From an uncultured virus (IMG/VR IMGVR_UViG_3300024505_000605) (lineage: Duplodnaviria; Heunggongvirae; Uroviricota; Caudoviricetes), in the IMG/VR virus record IMGVR_UViG_3300024505_000605: a stretch of DNA of 20,000 nucleotides; one strand, 5' to 3'. The translations under genes were made by a program, and so were the position numbers. This document shows, piece by piece, positions 6,279-15,075 of this stretch. Within the stretch, counting starts at the first letter, position 1. Every line of letters starts with the position of its first letter. The notes under the pieces were generated by a model. It saw nothing but the letters and a program-made list of their open reading frames with translations, was not told the DNA's origin and made no database searches.

Positions 6279-7295
6279 ATGGCCACGCTCCGCTCGGACG
6301 TGATCATTCCCGAAATTTTTACGCCCTACGTCATTGAGCAAAGCACCCAAAAGAACGCCTTCCTGGCGAGTGGTGTTGCTCAGCCCATGGCTGAACTCAA
6401 TGCAACTGAGGGCGGCGATTTCGTGAATGTTCCTTTCTGGAAAGCCAACCTCTCTGGCGATCTGGAAGTTCTTTCTGATTCCACCAGCCTTACCCCCGGC
6501 AAAATCACTGCTGATAAGCAAATCGGCGTGATCCTGCACCGTGGCCGTGCCTTTGAGGCCCGCGACCTTGCTGCTCTGGCTGCAGGTTCCGACCCCATGG
6601 CTGCCATCGGCGCCAAAGTTGGTGAGTACGTTGCTAACCAGCAGCAGGCTGACCTGTACAAGTGTCTGGAAGGTGTGTTCGGCGCCCTGACCGGCGGTGA
6701 CTCCCCTGCCTTCGATGCCCTGCGCTTCGATACCAGCACCCAAACTGCTCTGAGCCCCCGCCACGTGGCTAAGGCCCGTGCACTGCTGGGTGATCAAGGC
6801 GAGAAGCTGTCTGCTGTGGCTCTGCACAGCGCTTGTTACTACGACCTTGTTGAGCGCAAGGCCATTGATTACGTTCTGGCTTCGGATCTGGGTATTAGCC
6901 CCGATACCTCCATGCCTGACGCCTTCGGTGGTTCTGTGGCTTCTGCCTACAGCGCCGACTATCGCGTTCCTACCTATATGGGTATGCGCGTGATTGTGTC
7001 CGATGACATCACCAATTCCGGTGGTGTGTATGCCGCTTATTTCTTCACCAACGGCGCTATTGCCACCGGTGAGCAAGCTGCAATGCGCACTGAAACCGAC
7101 CGCGACATCCTCGCCAAGTCGGACGCAATGTCTCTGGACATGCACTACATCTACCACCCCGTTGGTGCCAAGTGGGCCGTGACCACCACGAACCCCACCC
7201 GCGCCCAACTGGCCACGGTAGGTAACTGGAGCAAGGTGTACGAAACCAAGAACATTGGCATCGTGCGTGCTTCGGTCAGCTCCAATTACGACTGA
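6279..7295 (+). CDS. Major capsid protein (HK97 fold)
   Basis: 338 aa: DVIIPEIFTPYV, GGDFVNVPFWKANL, RGRAF..RDLAALAAGSDPM..IG, VPTYMGMRVIVSDD, ETDRDIL, NWSKVYETKNI. Follows the scaffold and has strong codon bias. Confidence 0.93.
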   Translation: MATLRSDVIIPEIFTPYVIEQSTQKNAFLASGVAQPMAELNATEGGDFVNVPFWKANLSGDLEVLSDSTSLTPGKITADKQIGVILHRGRAFEARDLAALAAGSDPMAAIGAKVGEYVANQQQADLYKCLEGVFGALTGGDSPAFDALRFDTSTQTALSPRHVAKARALLGDQGEKLSAVALHSACYYDLVERKAIDYVLASDLGISPDTSMPDAFGGSVASAYSADYRVPTYMGMRVIVSDDITNSGGVYAAYFFTNGAIATGEQAAMRTETDRDILAKSDAMSLDMHYIYHPVGAKWAVTTTNPTRAQLATVGNWSKVYETKNIGIVRASVSSNYD

Positions 7296-7310
7296 TAGGA
7301 GCAACTAACC

Positions 7311-7679
7311 ATGGCTTCCCTTTTTGAAGTAACCGCCGGCAAGGCCATTGGCTACGTCAGCGGTAACGGTGGTGCTGTTACCCAGGCCACCAGCAAGTCC
7401 ACTGGCGTCACGCTGAATAAGCCCTGTGGCGCCATCACCATGCACAACGCTTCGCTGGCTGGCGATGCTGAGGTTTCCTTCACGGTGACCAACAGCGAAG
7501 TCGCTGCTACTGACGTGGTGCTGGTTTCGGTCAAGTCCGGTGCTACCACTGGTAAGTACCTGCCTTTCGTGACCGCCACTGCCGCCGGCAGCTTTGAGAT
7601 CACTGTTTCCAACGTCGGTTCTACCGCTGGTGAAGCTGTGGTGCTCAACTTTGCTGTGATCAAGGCAGCTGCTGCCTGA
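7311..7679 (+). CDS. Probable capsid decoration / head-associated structural protein
   Basis: 122 aa, beta-rich and A/T/V/S-rich. AGGAG RBS; directly after the capsid gene and before a terminator. Confidence 0.6.
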   Translation: MASLFEVTAGKAIGYVSGNGGAVTQATSKSTGVTLNKPCGAITMHNASLAGDAEVSFTVTNSEVAATDVVLVSVKSGATTGKYLPFVTATAAGSFEITVSNVGSTAGEAVVLNFAVIKAAAA

Positions 7680-7849
7680 TGGGTCTGTTCGCCTTCCGGC
7701 GACTGCGTGAACAGGAGGCTCTGGCTTCGGCTGGGGCCTCTTTTTCTACAGCAGAGCCCACTCCTAAACTTGATACAGAAGAGCCGGCGCCTAAAAAACG
7801 CCGCACTGTAAAGCCCAAGGCGGAGCCTACCGATGCCGATTTCAATTAA
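7679..7849 (+). CDS. Small hypothetical protein (56 aa, absent from the ORF track)
   Basis: TGATG coupling. MGLFAFRRLREQEALASAGASFSTAEPTPKLDTEEPAPKKRRTVKPKAEPTDADFN*, overlapping the next start. Confidence 0.6.
   Translation: MGLFAFRRLREQEALASAGASFSTAEPTPKLDTEEPAPKKRRTVKPKAEPTDADFN
7715..7747 (+). terminator. Intrinsic terminator after the capsid/decoration genes
   Basis: 11-bp stem GAGGCTCTGGC-TTCG-GCTGGGGCCTC (cUUCGg loop, three G-U pairs) followed by TTTTTCT. Confidence 0.8.
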
Positions 7850-8399
7850 CGCCACGGTTGGTTCAGCTTCGGCTAATAGTTACATCACACTTGCTGACGC
7901 ACAGGCCATTATTGATGGCTTTGTTGAGGATGATGATGTAACTGCATGGGCATCGGCTACTACCGATCAAAAAAATCGGGCGCTATTTACGGCCACCCAG
8001 CGTCTTGATCGTGAACGTTTTCTTGGCGCACGGGCAACCGACACTCAAGCCTTGCAATGGCCGCGTACAGGCGTGCGCAAGCCTGACACGTACATCAACA
8101 CGTACGCTGTTGGCTTTCCGTTCCGCATCACCACGGACTATTACACCGATACCGAAATTCCTGATCAGATCAAAAAGGCTCAGGTCGTCCTAGCCGTTTA
8201 CTTGAACAACAACAAGGACGGCATGGCATTGAGCGGCCTTGAAGATTACAAGTCCGTGAGCATCGGCAGTCTTAGCGTCACAACTGCAGGTGCCAGCAGC
8301 ATGGCAACGGGTGCTGACCGTGTGCCGCCGATCTTTGAGCGCTATCTGACCGGGCTTAGAATCAGTGGACCGGGTAACTTTTCCATCAAACGGAGTTGA
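7833..8399 (+). CDS. Head-tail adaptor / connector (DnaT-like phage family)
   Basis: ANSYITLADA, W....DQKNRALF.AT..LD and F.G.RAT.TQALQWPR.G motifs, IP.QIK.AQ. Position after the capsid genes. Confidence 0.75.
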   Translation: MPISINATVGSASANSYITLADAQAIIDGFVEDDDVTAWASATTDQKNRALFTATQRLDRERFLGARATDTQALQWPRTGVRKPDTYINTYAVGFPFRITTDYYTDTEIPDQIKKAQVVLAVYLNNNKDGMALSGLEDYKSVSIGSLSVTTAGASSMATGADRVPPIFERYLTGLRISGPGNFSIKRS

Positions 8400-8401
8400 A
8401 C

Positions 8402-8638
8402 ATGGCCGATAACGACTCCTACAACATTGGTTTTGAGTACATCAGCGACACTGCTGCGCACACCGGCCGGTTCTACAAGCTGTATGCCTTGGCTGATGCC
8501 GTGATCAGTACGGCCACTGTGCAAAACGCCAGCGGTAACACTTTCAGCTCTGTACCGCTCACTGCAGGCGACAGCATTGAAGGTGTATTCACAAGTGTCA
8601 CGCTTGCTTCCGGCAAGATCGTCGCCTACAAGATCTGA
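8402..8638 (+). CDS. Small structural protein, paralogue 1 of 3
   Basis: IGFEYISDTAAHTGRF...GVFTSVTLASGKIVAYKI; aligns by eye with the next two ORFs. Confidence 0.75.
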   Translation: MADNDSYNIGFEYISDTAAHTGRFYKLYALADAVISTATVQNASGNTFSSVPLTAGDSIEGVFTSVTLASGKIVAYKI

Positions 8639-8640
8639 TC

Positions 8641-8895
8641 ATGGCCAACACCGACAGCATTGATCCGAGCTACAGCATCGGCGCCGATTTTGTGAATACC
8701 ACTACGGCAAAGACTGGCCGGTGGAATCGCATCGTGATTGCCAAAAATAATACGTCGTTCACTGCCATCACAGCGCAGAACTACACAGGCAATACATTGG
8801 TTGGTGAATCTTTCCCGGCCGGGTTTGAGTTGCAAGGCGTCTTTACCGCGTTTACGCTGGCCACATCTGGCGCTGTCATTGCTTACAAAATCTGA
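8641..8895 (+). CDS. Small structural protein, paralogue 2 of 3
   Basis: IGADFVNTTTAKTGRW...GVFTAFTLATSGAVIAYKI. Confidence 0.75.
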   Translation: MANTDSIDPSYSIGADFVNTTTAKTGRWNRIVIAKNNTSFTAITAQNYTGNTLVGESFPAGFELQGVFTAFTLATSGAVIAYKI

Positions 8896-8897
8896 TC

Positions 8898-9152
8898 ATG
8901 GCAAAAGCAAGAGGCGGTGCATCTGTCATTGATTATTCGACTGGCGCGGAGGTCATCACTGATACTGCGGCACATACCGGCAGATTTAGTCATATCGACT
9001 TCTACGAAAACAGCACGGTTGACGCGATCATTTCGACCAACGTAATTGACAACAATTTTGCTGGTGCCGCCATTGATTCCGGCGCACATCTGACTGGTTG
9101 TTTCACCAGCATCAAACTCCAAAACGGCGCCTGTATCGCCTACAAAATCTGA
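8898..9152 (+). CDS. Small structural protein, paralogue 3 of 3
   Basis: TGAEVITDTAAHTGRF...GCFTSIKLQNGACIAYKI. Confidence 0.75.
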   Translation: MAKARGGASVIDYSTGAEVITDTAAHTGRFSHIDFYENSTVDAIISTNVIDNNFAGAAIDSGAHLTGCFTSIKLQNGACIAYKI

Positions 9153-9508
9153 TGGCTCTCGCTACCTCACTACGCAAAACGGCCAGCAAGCTGATGCTGA
9201 AATTTGGGGGCGAGGTATCGTTCCGTCGCATCACAACAGCGGCTTACAACCCAACAACCGGAACAGCTGCGCCGACTGCATCTACAACCACCGTCCGTGG
9301 TGTTCTGGAGAATGTGACCGAACGTGAGATCAACGATCTAATCAAGAGCACCGACAAAAAGCTGACTGTTGCAGCGGCCGATCTTGCCTACGAACCTGCA
9401 GTTTCGGATCAGGTGACTATTGCCAGCCGGATTATGCAAGTGGTCGAGGTGCGCAAAATCGAGCAGGACAATACGCCTATTGTGTTTGAAGTATTCCTGA
9501 GGGAGTGA
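9152..9508 (+). CDS. Probable head closure (stopper) protein
   Basis: 118 aa from the ATG at 9152 (TGATG coupling). LMLKFG.EV.F...Y.P.TG, DLI...DKKL and P...DQV.I pattern; neck position. Confidence 0.65.
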   Translation: MALATSLRKTASKLMLKFGGEVSFRRITTAAYNPTTGTAAPTASTTTVRGVLENVTEREINDLIKSTDKKLTVAAADLAYEPAVSDQVTIASRIMQVVEVRKIEQDNTPIVFEVFLRE

Positions 9509-9509
9509 C

Positions 9510-9920
9510 ATGGCACGCACTATCAGGATTGAAGATATTGGTGACTACGCAGAAAATCAATTCAACAAGTTGATTACGGCTGCTGTTCTTGAAACGGATG
9601 GGCGCTTAAAGCTTCGCAGCCCAGTTGATACAGGTCGGTTTCGCGCTAGCTGGGCGATAGGACAAAACGCCGCGCCATCAGAAGGCAAAGACCCTGGGGA
9701 ATATCGGCAGTCACTGCCGCCAACAGCTGTTAATTATCAGCTTGGAAATGAAAAAGTCGGCAACGTCTACAGCGTGCACAACAATCTGATCTACGCTGAA
9801 CGGCTTGCTATTAACGGCAGTAGAAAATCTGGTGTGCCGGGCGGGTGGGTTGATTCCATCGCCAAGGACATTCAAACTTATGTCAACGCCGAAGCGGACC
9901 GCATTGGTCGATCATCGTGA
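9510..9920 (+). CDS. HK97 gp10-like tail completion / neck protein
   Basis: SPVDTGRFRASW and NNLIYAERL..GS motifs. Confidence 0.8.
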   Translation: MARTIRIEDIGDYAENQFNKLITAAVLETDGRLKLRSPVDTGRFRASWAIGQNAAPSEGKDPGEYRQSLPPTAVNYQLGNEKVGNVYSVHNNLIYAERLAINGSRKSGVPGGWVDSIAKDIQTYVNAEADRIGRSS

Positions 9921-10348
9921 GCCTTAACACTATCCGCTCAGCAATCGAAAACCGCATTGCTACCGAGTTCGCGGCATCACCGGCGCTGCAAGTCGCTTAT
10001 CAAAACGTTCCTTTTACGCCGCCCAATAACGCAAGTTGGGTTCAGGCCAGCATCCTTTGGGGCGATTCGGCTTATTTGACAATCCTTACGTCTGCTACTC
10101 GCGGAACTGATGGAGGCTACGACCGCCGCAACGGTACGCTGATTTTCAACATTTTCTGCCCGCGCGGGCAGGGGCCAGGTGCAACGCTGACAATCGCCCA
10201 GCGCTGCATTGATTTGTTTTCACGTTTGCAGCTGCAAAATATAAAATTTGACGCCGCAAATGGTCCGCGTACCATTGAACCGCCGTCGCCGGAAGGCTTT
10301 TACCAAGCCCAGGTGACCATAAGTTTTGAGGCTTTTGAGCAAAGCTAG
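9917..10348 (+). CDS. Tail terminator protein
   Basis: 143 aa with GTG start. VAYQNVPFTPP...WV, G.LIFNIF.P.GQG and FYQAQV.I.F; immediately before the tail tube gene. Confidence 0.7.
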   Translation: MSLNTIRSAIENRIATEFAASPALQVAYQNVPFTPPNNASWVQASILWGDSAYLTILTSATRGTDGGYDRRNGTLIFNIFCPRGQGPGATLTIAQRCIDLFSRLQLQNIKFDAANGPRTIEPPSPEGFYQAQVTISFEAFEQS

Positions 10349-10377
10349 AATTCTTTCAGCCACTTACCGTTCACAAC

Positions 10378-11145
10378 ATGGCTACCGTTCTGTCCGGTAC
10401 GTCCGGCGCCCTCTACTACAAACCCGCAGGCACCCAAGCAACCTTTGGCGAGTCTGCCGTTGATGTTGCTGATGATGAAATCACAGTTGCCACCTTTTTG
10501 AATTTCAAGGTTGGCGATCCTGTTGTTTTCAGCGTAATCAACGTTGAAACTGGCGCAAGTGGCACTGGCACACTGCCTGCCGGTATCACAGCTGGCACCA
10601 CTTATTACGTCATCGGTTACACCGCTTCAACTGGTGTACTGCAGGTTTCCGCCACGGCTGGCGGTTCAACCATTGCCATCACTGACGATGGTACGGCAGT
10701 ATCGCCTAACGCATTCCAGGTTGAATACGCAGACTATGCCGCTGTGGGCGATGTGCGTGAGTGGTCCTTTGAAATCACTCGTGAGGAGATTGACGTTACG
10801 ACCATCGGTCAAACCCTTGGCCAGTACGCTCCCTTCCGTCGTTACATCACCGGTTTTGCTGACGGCAGCGGCTCTGCCATGGTTTACCTCAGTGATGACG
10901 ACAGCACGCTCGGTAACCGCATGGTTCAGGACGTGATTCAGCGCCAACAATCGGGTGCCAGCTTCAAGCTCTACATTGATCGCGTCCTCAGTGGCGGCAG
11001 TATCAGTGCTGCGCTGAGCCGTAGCATTGAGTTTGACGCAGTGCTTACCTCTGCCAGCCTGACCGTCAACCCTGACGACGCTCAAATGGTAGAGATCGCC
11101 TTCCGTCCATCTGCTGCACCTACCTTCGACTTCAGCAAGAGCTGA
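10378..11145 (+). CDS. Major tail tube protein with an inserted accessory domain
   Basis: LSGTSGALYY N-terminus and VGDVREWSFEITREEIDVTTIG...YITGFADGSGS core. Followed by a terminator and chaperone genes. Confidence 0.85.
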   Translation: MATVLSGTSGALYYKPAGTQATFGESAVDVADDEITVATFLNFKVGDPVVFSVINVETGASGTGTLPAGITAGTTYYVIGYTASTGVLQVSATAGGSTIAITDDGTAVSPNAFQVEYADYAAVGDVREWSFEITREEIDVTTIGQTLGQYAPFRRYITGFADGSGSAMVYLSDDDSTLGNRMVQDVIQRQQSGASFKLYIDRVLSGGSISAALSRSIEFDAVLTSASLTVNPDDAQMVEIAFRPSAAPTFDFSKS

Positions 11146-11167
11146 TACTGAAGACGGAAATTACCAA

Positions 11168-11196
11168 GCCCTTGGGTTGCACCGAGGGCCTTTTTT
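11168..11196 (+). terminator. Intrinsic terminator after the major tail gene
   Basis: GCCCTTGG-GTTGCA-CCGAGGGC stem-loop followed by C and T6. Confidence 0.8.
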
Positions 11197-11229
11197 ATGC
11201 TTAAAGTAGAGCGCAAGTCAATCATTCTT

Positions 11230-11580
11230 ATGCCTGCTCAGTCGATGCGTGCGCTTGATCGCCTCAAAAAAGCAGCAAATTTGACGCCAAGCAAAAAGAC
11301 CGCGAAATTATCGGACGGCACGGAGTTTGAGTTTTACTGCACGCCGCTGACCATGGCAGAGCGTGAGCGTGCACAAAAGACTGCTGGCAGCGATGATGCC
11401 ACGGCTTTTGCTTTGCAGCTGCTGATCCAAAAAGCAAAGGATGAGAACGGCGAACCACTGTTTCGTGCAGGCGAAATCGCTGAACTCAAGAACGAGGTTC
11501 GGGATGTTGACCTGCAAAATCTGATGCTTGCAGTGCTCACCAACACCGAAGAAGCTAAAGAGGAAGACGCAAAAAACTAA
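11230..11580 (+). CDS. Tail assembly chaperone (lambda gpG analogue)
   Basis: Between tail tube and tape measure, ending in slippery GCA AAA AAC TAA. ATG 11230 (or 11245) preferred because 11197 directly abuts the terminator T-tract. Confidence 0.85.
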   Translation: MPAQSMRALDRLKKAANLTPSKKTAKLSDGTEFEFYCTPLTMAERERAQKTAGSDDATAFALQLLIQKAKDENGEPLFRAGEIAELKNEVRDVDLQNLMLAVLTNTEEAKEEDAKN

Positions 11581-11762
11581 TCAGCCAGGTCAAGCGCGAC
11601 CCAGAACTAAGGTTTTTGGCGCGTCTGGCAAGAGATCTAGGGTACACCCTGCGCGAGCTTATGGAACGGTTGACGCAGGAAGAACTAATGATATGGTTTG
11701 CCATTTATTCGGTAGAAGCAGAAGAGCATGAAGCAGCGATGAAAAAGGCACGGCGGCGATAG
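11577..11762 (+). CDS. -1 frameshift extension of the tail chaperone (gpGT analogue)
   Basis: The -1 frame reads LISQVKRDPELRFLARLARDLGYTLRELMERLTQEELMIWFAIYSVEAEEHEAAMKKARRR* up to TAG at 11760-11762. Confidence 0.85.
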   Translation, partial: LISQVKRDPELRFLARLARDLGYTLRELMERLTQEELMIWFAIYSVEAEEHEAAMKKARRR

Positions 11763-11791
11763 ACTGATTATCAGAGCTGAACGATGCTGCT

Positions 11792-14635
11792 GTGTCTGTC
11801 GTTGCCAACGTTGCCATTAACGTTGATGCCGGGAACGCGGTTCAGCAGCTTAATCGTGTAGACGCGGCCGCAAAGGGTACACAGAAAGGTTTTGACGCTG
11901 CAGGATTGGGCGCTAAGGGCTTTGGCGCAGCTTTACAGGCGTCACTTGGTCCGTTAATTGCGTTTACAACGGCAGCCGAAACAGTAAGGAAAAGTCTTGA
12001 GACTGCGTTTGCCCGTGGAGCGGCTGAGCAGCGATTAAAAAATCTGACCGGCTCCACAAAGGAATTTGAAACAGCTACAGCACTTGCCGCCAATGCGGCT
12101 GATCAGTTTGGGTTGACGCAAACTCAAGCGACCGAGGCATTCGCTGATGCGTACGGCAGATTGAGCGGTCTTGGGTATGGACTCAAAGAAGTCAACGATA
12201 TTTATTCTGGCTTCAATGTTGTTGCCAAACAGGCTGGTGTTTCTTCTGAAGATGCAGCTGGGTCATTCCTGCAGTTGTCGCAGGCAATGGGCAAAGGTGT
12301 TTTGAATGGCGATGAACTGGCAATCATCTTGGAAAGAATGCCTCAACTTGGCACTTTGCTTGCCAAGGAAATGGGTGTAGGCGCAGGGTCGATCAAGCAG
12401 CTTGGCTCAGAAGGGAAAATAACCGGGGATGTTATTTACAGGGCACTTGAACAAGCGTCAAGCAGTGCTGGCGAACTTGGCAGCAACCTAAATGCTCAGC
12501 AGAAAACCTTTGCAGAATTAAGCCAAGTTGCGGATCAGCTCTTTAACTCGCTTGGAGAGGCGTTAGGGCCGGTCGTTATTGCCGGAGCCCAGCTATTAGC
12601 GAAGGCGGGAGAAATACTAAGTGATAGATGGAATTACGTCGCGAATGTTTTATTCCCGCAAGTCGTAAAAGCAATTGAGCCACTAAGGGCGGCGATTGCT
12701 AGTGCCGTCGAAGGTATTGACTTTAGTGTGATTACCACTGTAATCCAGAACGTTCTTATTAAGGGTTTCCAAGCGGCGGTTGGGATTATTGGAAACTTTT
12801 CAAAAGTGCTTGCGTTTGTGATTACCAAGTTCAAAGAGTTATCGAATAATCCGGTATTTAAGTTTATTGCCGATCAAGTTGGCAGGCTGCTTAACAGTCT
12901 TGGTCTAACAACAAATCATGTTGTTGAATACAAAAAAGAACAGGAAGGCGCTGCGCAGGCAACAGCTAAAAACGTAAAAGAATTTAGCAAATTACCACCA
13001 CAGGCGGTTGACTTAAAGGCAAAGCAAGCTGCCGTAAAAGCTGAACTAAGCGCGCAGTTGGCAGTGCTTGCCCAGCAAAAGCAAATCAATGAGCAAAATA
13101 ATCAGCTTATCGACTCACGCCGCAATCTGTTGTCTGGCTTAAACCAAATAGATCAACAACGATTTTCGACTCAATTAAAATATGCGCTTTCGTTTGAGCA
13201 AGAGCTAGGTGTTCTCAATCAAATTCAAAAAGCCAAACTGCAGGCGAACAAACTCGATGAAGAAAGCGCAAACATTCAAGCGCAAAGAAACATTGATAAT
13301 GCTTACATTGCCGCAGAAGAGGCAAAGCTAAAAGCCCAGGCGGCTGCAGCCGATTTAAAGGCTCTTGATGTAAATGCCGAAAACTACAATCTCAAGAAAC
13401 TTGAACTAGAAACCATTATCAATGGTGCTGCCATCGCCGAACGTGGGATTGGCGTTGCCTATGAGGTGGCACAAAATACACGTGAAGCGGCTGCCGCGAA
13501 GAGAGAGCAGGCTGATGCTGCCGCAAGGCAAGAGATAAGCGAACAGCGTGTGGCGGCTTTTGCTGCGGAGGCAGCTCGCCAAAGCGAAGCGTTTAATCGT
13601 TCGGCGCAGGAGGCGTCAAACTATTTAAGCAATACGGTCAAACAGGTCGACGCAATAGCCCAGTCGCAAATAACTATAAACAACGCCCAAATTCAAAGTC
13701 TTACAAACAACTTAAAGACAGCAGAAACAGATGGCGAGCGTGTTCGCATTTTAAGCAAAATTCGTAATCTTGAAGTTGCAAATGCTGGATTTACGCTACT
13801 AGCAACACGCGCTCAAATCACTGCGGAAGTAGAACGTCAGCGCATCGCCATGGATGTGGCCGAAGTCAAATACAAAGAACTTCAAGCCGTAGTGCAATTA
13901 GCGGCCGCACAAAAAGTACTTACCAAAAATCATATAGAAGCGCTTGCTGCGCAAAGGTCTGCATTGAATATTGCACAAGATAATTACGCCACATCAATTC
14001 AGGTTGCTAATGAGCAATGGCGTGCTGCTGACGCAACGTATAACGCAGCTGTAAACGCAGCAAACCTCAAAGCAAATATGGAAGGTACTGCCGCCGCTGC
14101 TGGCGCAGTCGCTGGAGCCATGGACCGCGTAGCCTCCGCATCAGTCGGGGGTGGAGCTAGTGTTGGAGGAGTGGATTTCGGTGAAGCAGGACAAAACGCT
14201 TGGTTTATGAAAAACTTTTACGAGGCGACACAAGAACTAAACAAGCGTAGTCGCGAATTCACCCCTGCCTCCTTTACCAATGCCTATAACGCAATCGTCA
14301 ACGACTATTTAGCACTTGCAGAAGGTTACAACCAGCGTAAAGCCCAAGAGCGTTTTGCTTCTGCACGAGAAGAATTTACAGGGGGAAGTACGGAACGGCA
14401 GTCTGCTATGCGGTCTTTTGGGCAAAGCACTTCATCAACCGCTGCTGGTGCAGGCGTCAGCCCTCAAGTCAACATCACCACCGGCCCGGTTATGCAAATG
14501 GACGGCACCAACTACGTCACCCAGCGTGATCTCGTGTCAGCCACTGGCACAGCCGCTAGACAGGGTGCGAAGATGGCTCTGGACATGCTGCAGAACAACC
14601 CAGCTTCCCGCCGTAGCACTGGTGTGACGCGATGA
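11792..14635 (+). CDS. Tape measure protein
   Basis: 947 aa, A/Q-rich and helical, with tape-measure motif LQLSQAMGKGVLNGDELAIILERMP. Follows the chaperones. Confidence 0.93.
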   Translation: MSVVANVAINVDAGNAVQQLNRVDAAAKGTQKGFDAAGLGAKGFGAALQASLGPLIAFTTAAETVRKSLETAFARGAAEQRLKNLTGSTKEFETATALAANAADQFGLTQTQATEAFADAYGRLSGLGYGLKEVNDIYSGFNVVAKQAGVSSEDAAGSFLQLSQAMGKGVLNGDELAIILERMPQLGTLLAKEMGVGAGSIKQLGSEGKITGDVIYRALEQASSSAGELGSNLNAQQKTFAELSQVADQLFNSLGEALGPVVIAGAQLLAKAGEILSDRWNYVANVLFPQVVKAIEPLRAAIASAVEGIDFSVITTVIQNVLIKGFQAAVGIIGNFSKVLAFVITKFKELSNNPVFKFIADQVGRLLNSLGLTTNHVVEYKKEQEGAAQATAKNVKEFSKLPPQAVDLKAKQAAVKAELSAQLAVLAQQKQINEQNNQLIDSRRNLLSGLNQIDQQRFSTQLKYALSFEQELGVLNQIQKAKLQANKLDEESANIQAQRNIDNAYIAAEEAKLKAQAAAADLKALDVNAENYNLKKLELETIINGAAIAERGIGVAYEVAQNTREAAAAKREQADAAARQEISEQRVAAFAAEAARQSEAFNRSAQEASNYLSNTVKQVDAIAQSQITINNAQIQSLTNNLKTAETDGERVRILSKIRNLEVANAGFTLLATRAQITAEVERQRIAMDVAEVKYKELQAVVQLAAAQKVLTKNHIEALAAQRSALNIAQDNYATSIQVANEQWRAADATYNAAVNAANLKANMEGTAAAAGAVAGAMDRVASASVGGGASVGGVDFGEAGQNAWFMKNFYEATQELNKRSREFTPASFTNAYNAIVNDYLALAEGYNQRKAQERFASAREEFTGGSTERQSAMRSFGQSTSSTAAGAGVSPQVNITTGPVMQMDGTNYVTQRDLVSATGTAARQGAKMALDMLQNNPASRRSTGVTR

Positions 14636-15075
14636 CGACCTACACACCCCAGTTCTACCTCCAGATCGACAACATCACTTCTGGCAGCCCTGTTCTTGTA
14701 GCCCGCTACCAAAACTTCGCCGTCGACCAAAACGTTACCTACACCGGAAACAGCTACAGCTACGCACCATTTGACGTTTCCGACATGGTGCAGCAACGCT
14801 CTGCCGGCAAACTATCCGTAACCCTCACCTTCCCTGGAACACCCACGTTCGTCGACCTGCTGACAGCCGCTGTTGTCACCTACAGGTACAAATTTTCGCT
14901 GGTCTTTACTGCAGCTGAAATTTTGCCGTCCATCTTTACCACTGTTGTGGGTATTGCCGAAACGGGATCTAGCGATTTTTCTGGTGTCAGTATTGTGATC
15001 TCGGACGGCATCGACACCACCGAAGCCCAGATCCCACGCCGCAAAGTTACTTACGACATGGTGGCCTTCGACTAA
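14632..15075 (+). CDS. Minor tail (tail-tip) protein
   Basis: 147 aa, ATGA-coupled to the tape measure gene; YQNF....VTY.G.SY.YAPF and QIPRR motifs. Confidence 0.6.
   Translation: MTTYTPQFYLQIDNITSGSPVLVARYQNFAVDQNVTYTGNSYSYAPFDVSDMVQQRSAGKLSVTLTFPGTPTFVDLLTAAVVTYRYKFSLVFTAAEILPSIFTTVVGIAETGSSDFSGVSIVISDGIDTTEAQIPRRKVTYDMVAFD

Noticed and set aside
6273..7304. 343-aa antisense ORF spanning the major capsid gene
   Set aside because: Codon-aligned shadow of a strongly biased gene that avoids TTA/CTA/TCA, with no recognisable motifs. It shows long antisense ORFs arise by chance here, so the intein-nested ORF is accepted on domain content, not length.
8620..9156. Three ~20-nt repeats spaced ~257 nt apart, considered as a CRISPR-like array
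   Set aside because: They are the conserved AYKI-stop ends of three paralogous genes; the spacing is far too long and there are no cas genes.
11528..11731. 67-aa ORF in the track downstream of the chaperone
   Set aside because: It is the +1 frame with no protein-like features; the -1 frame (11577-11762) carries the gpT-like motif.
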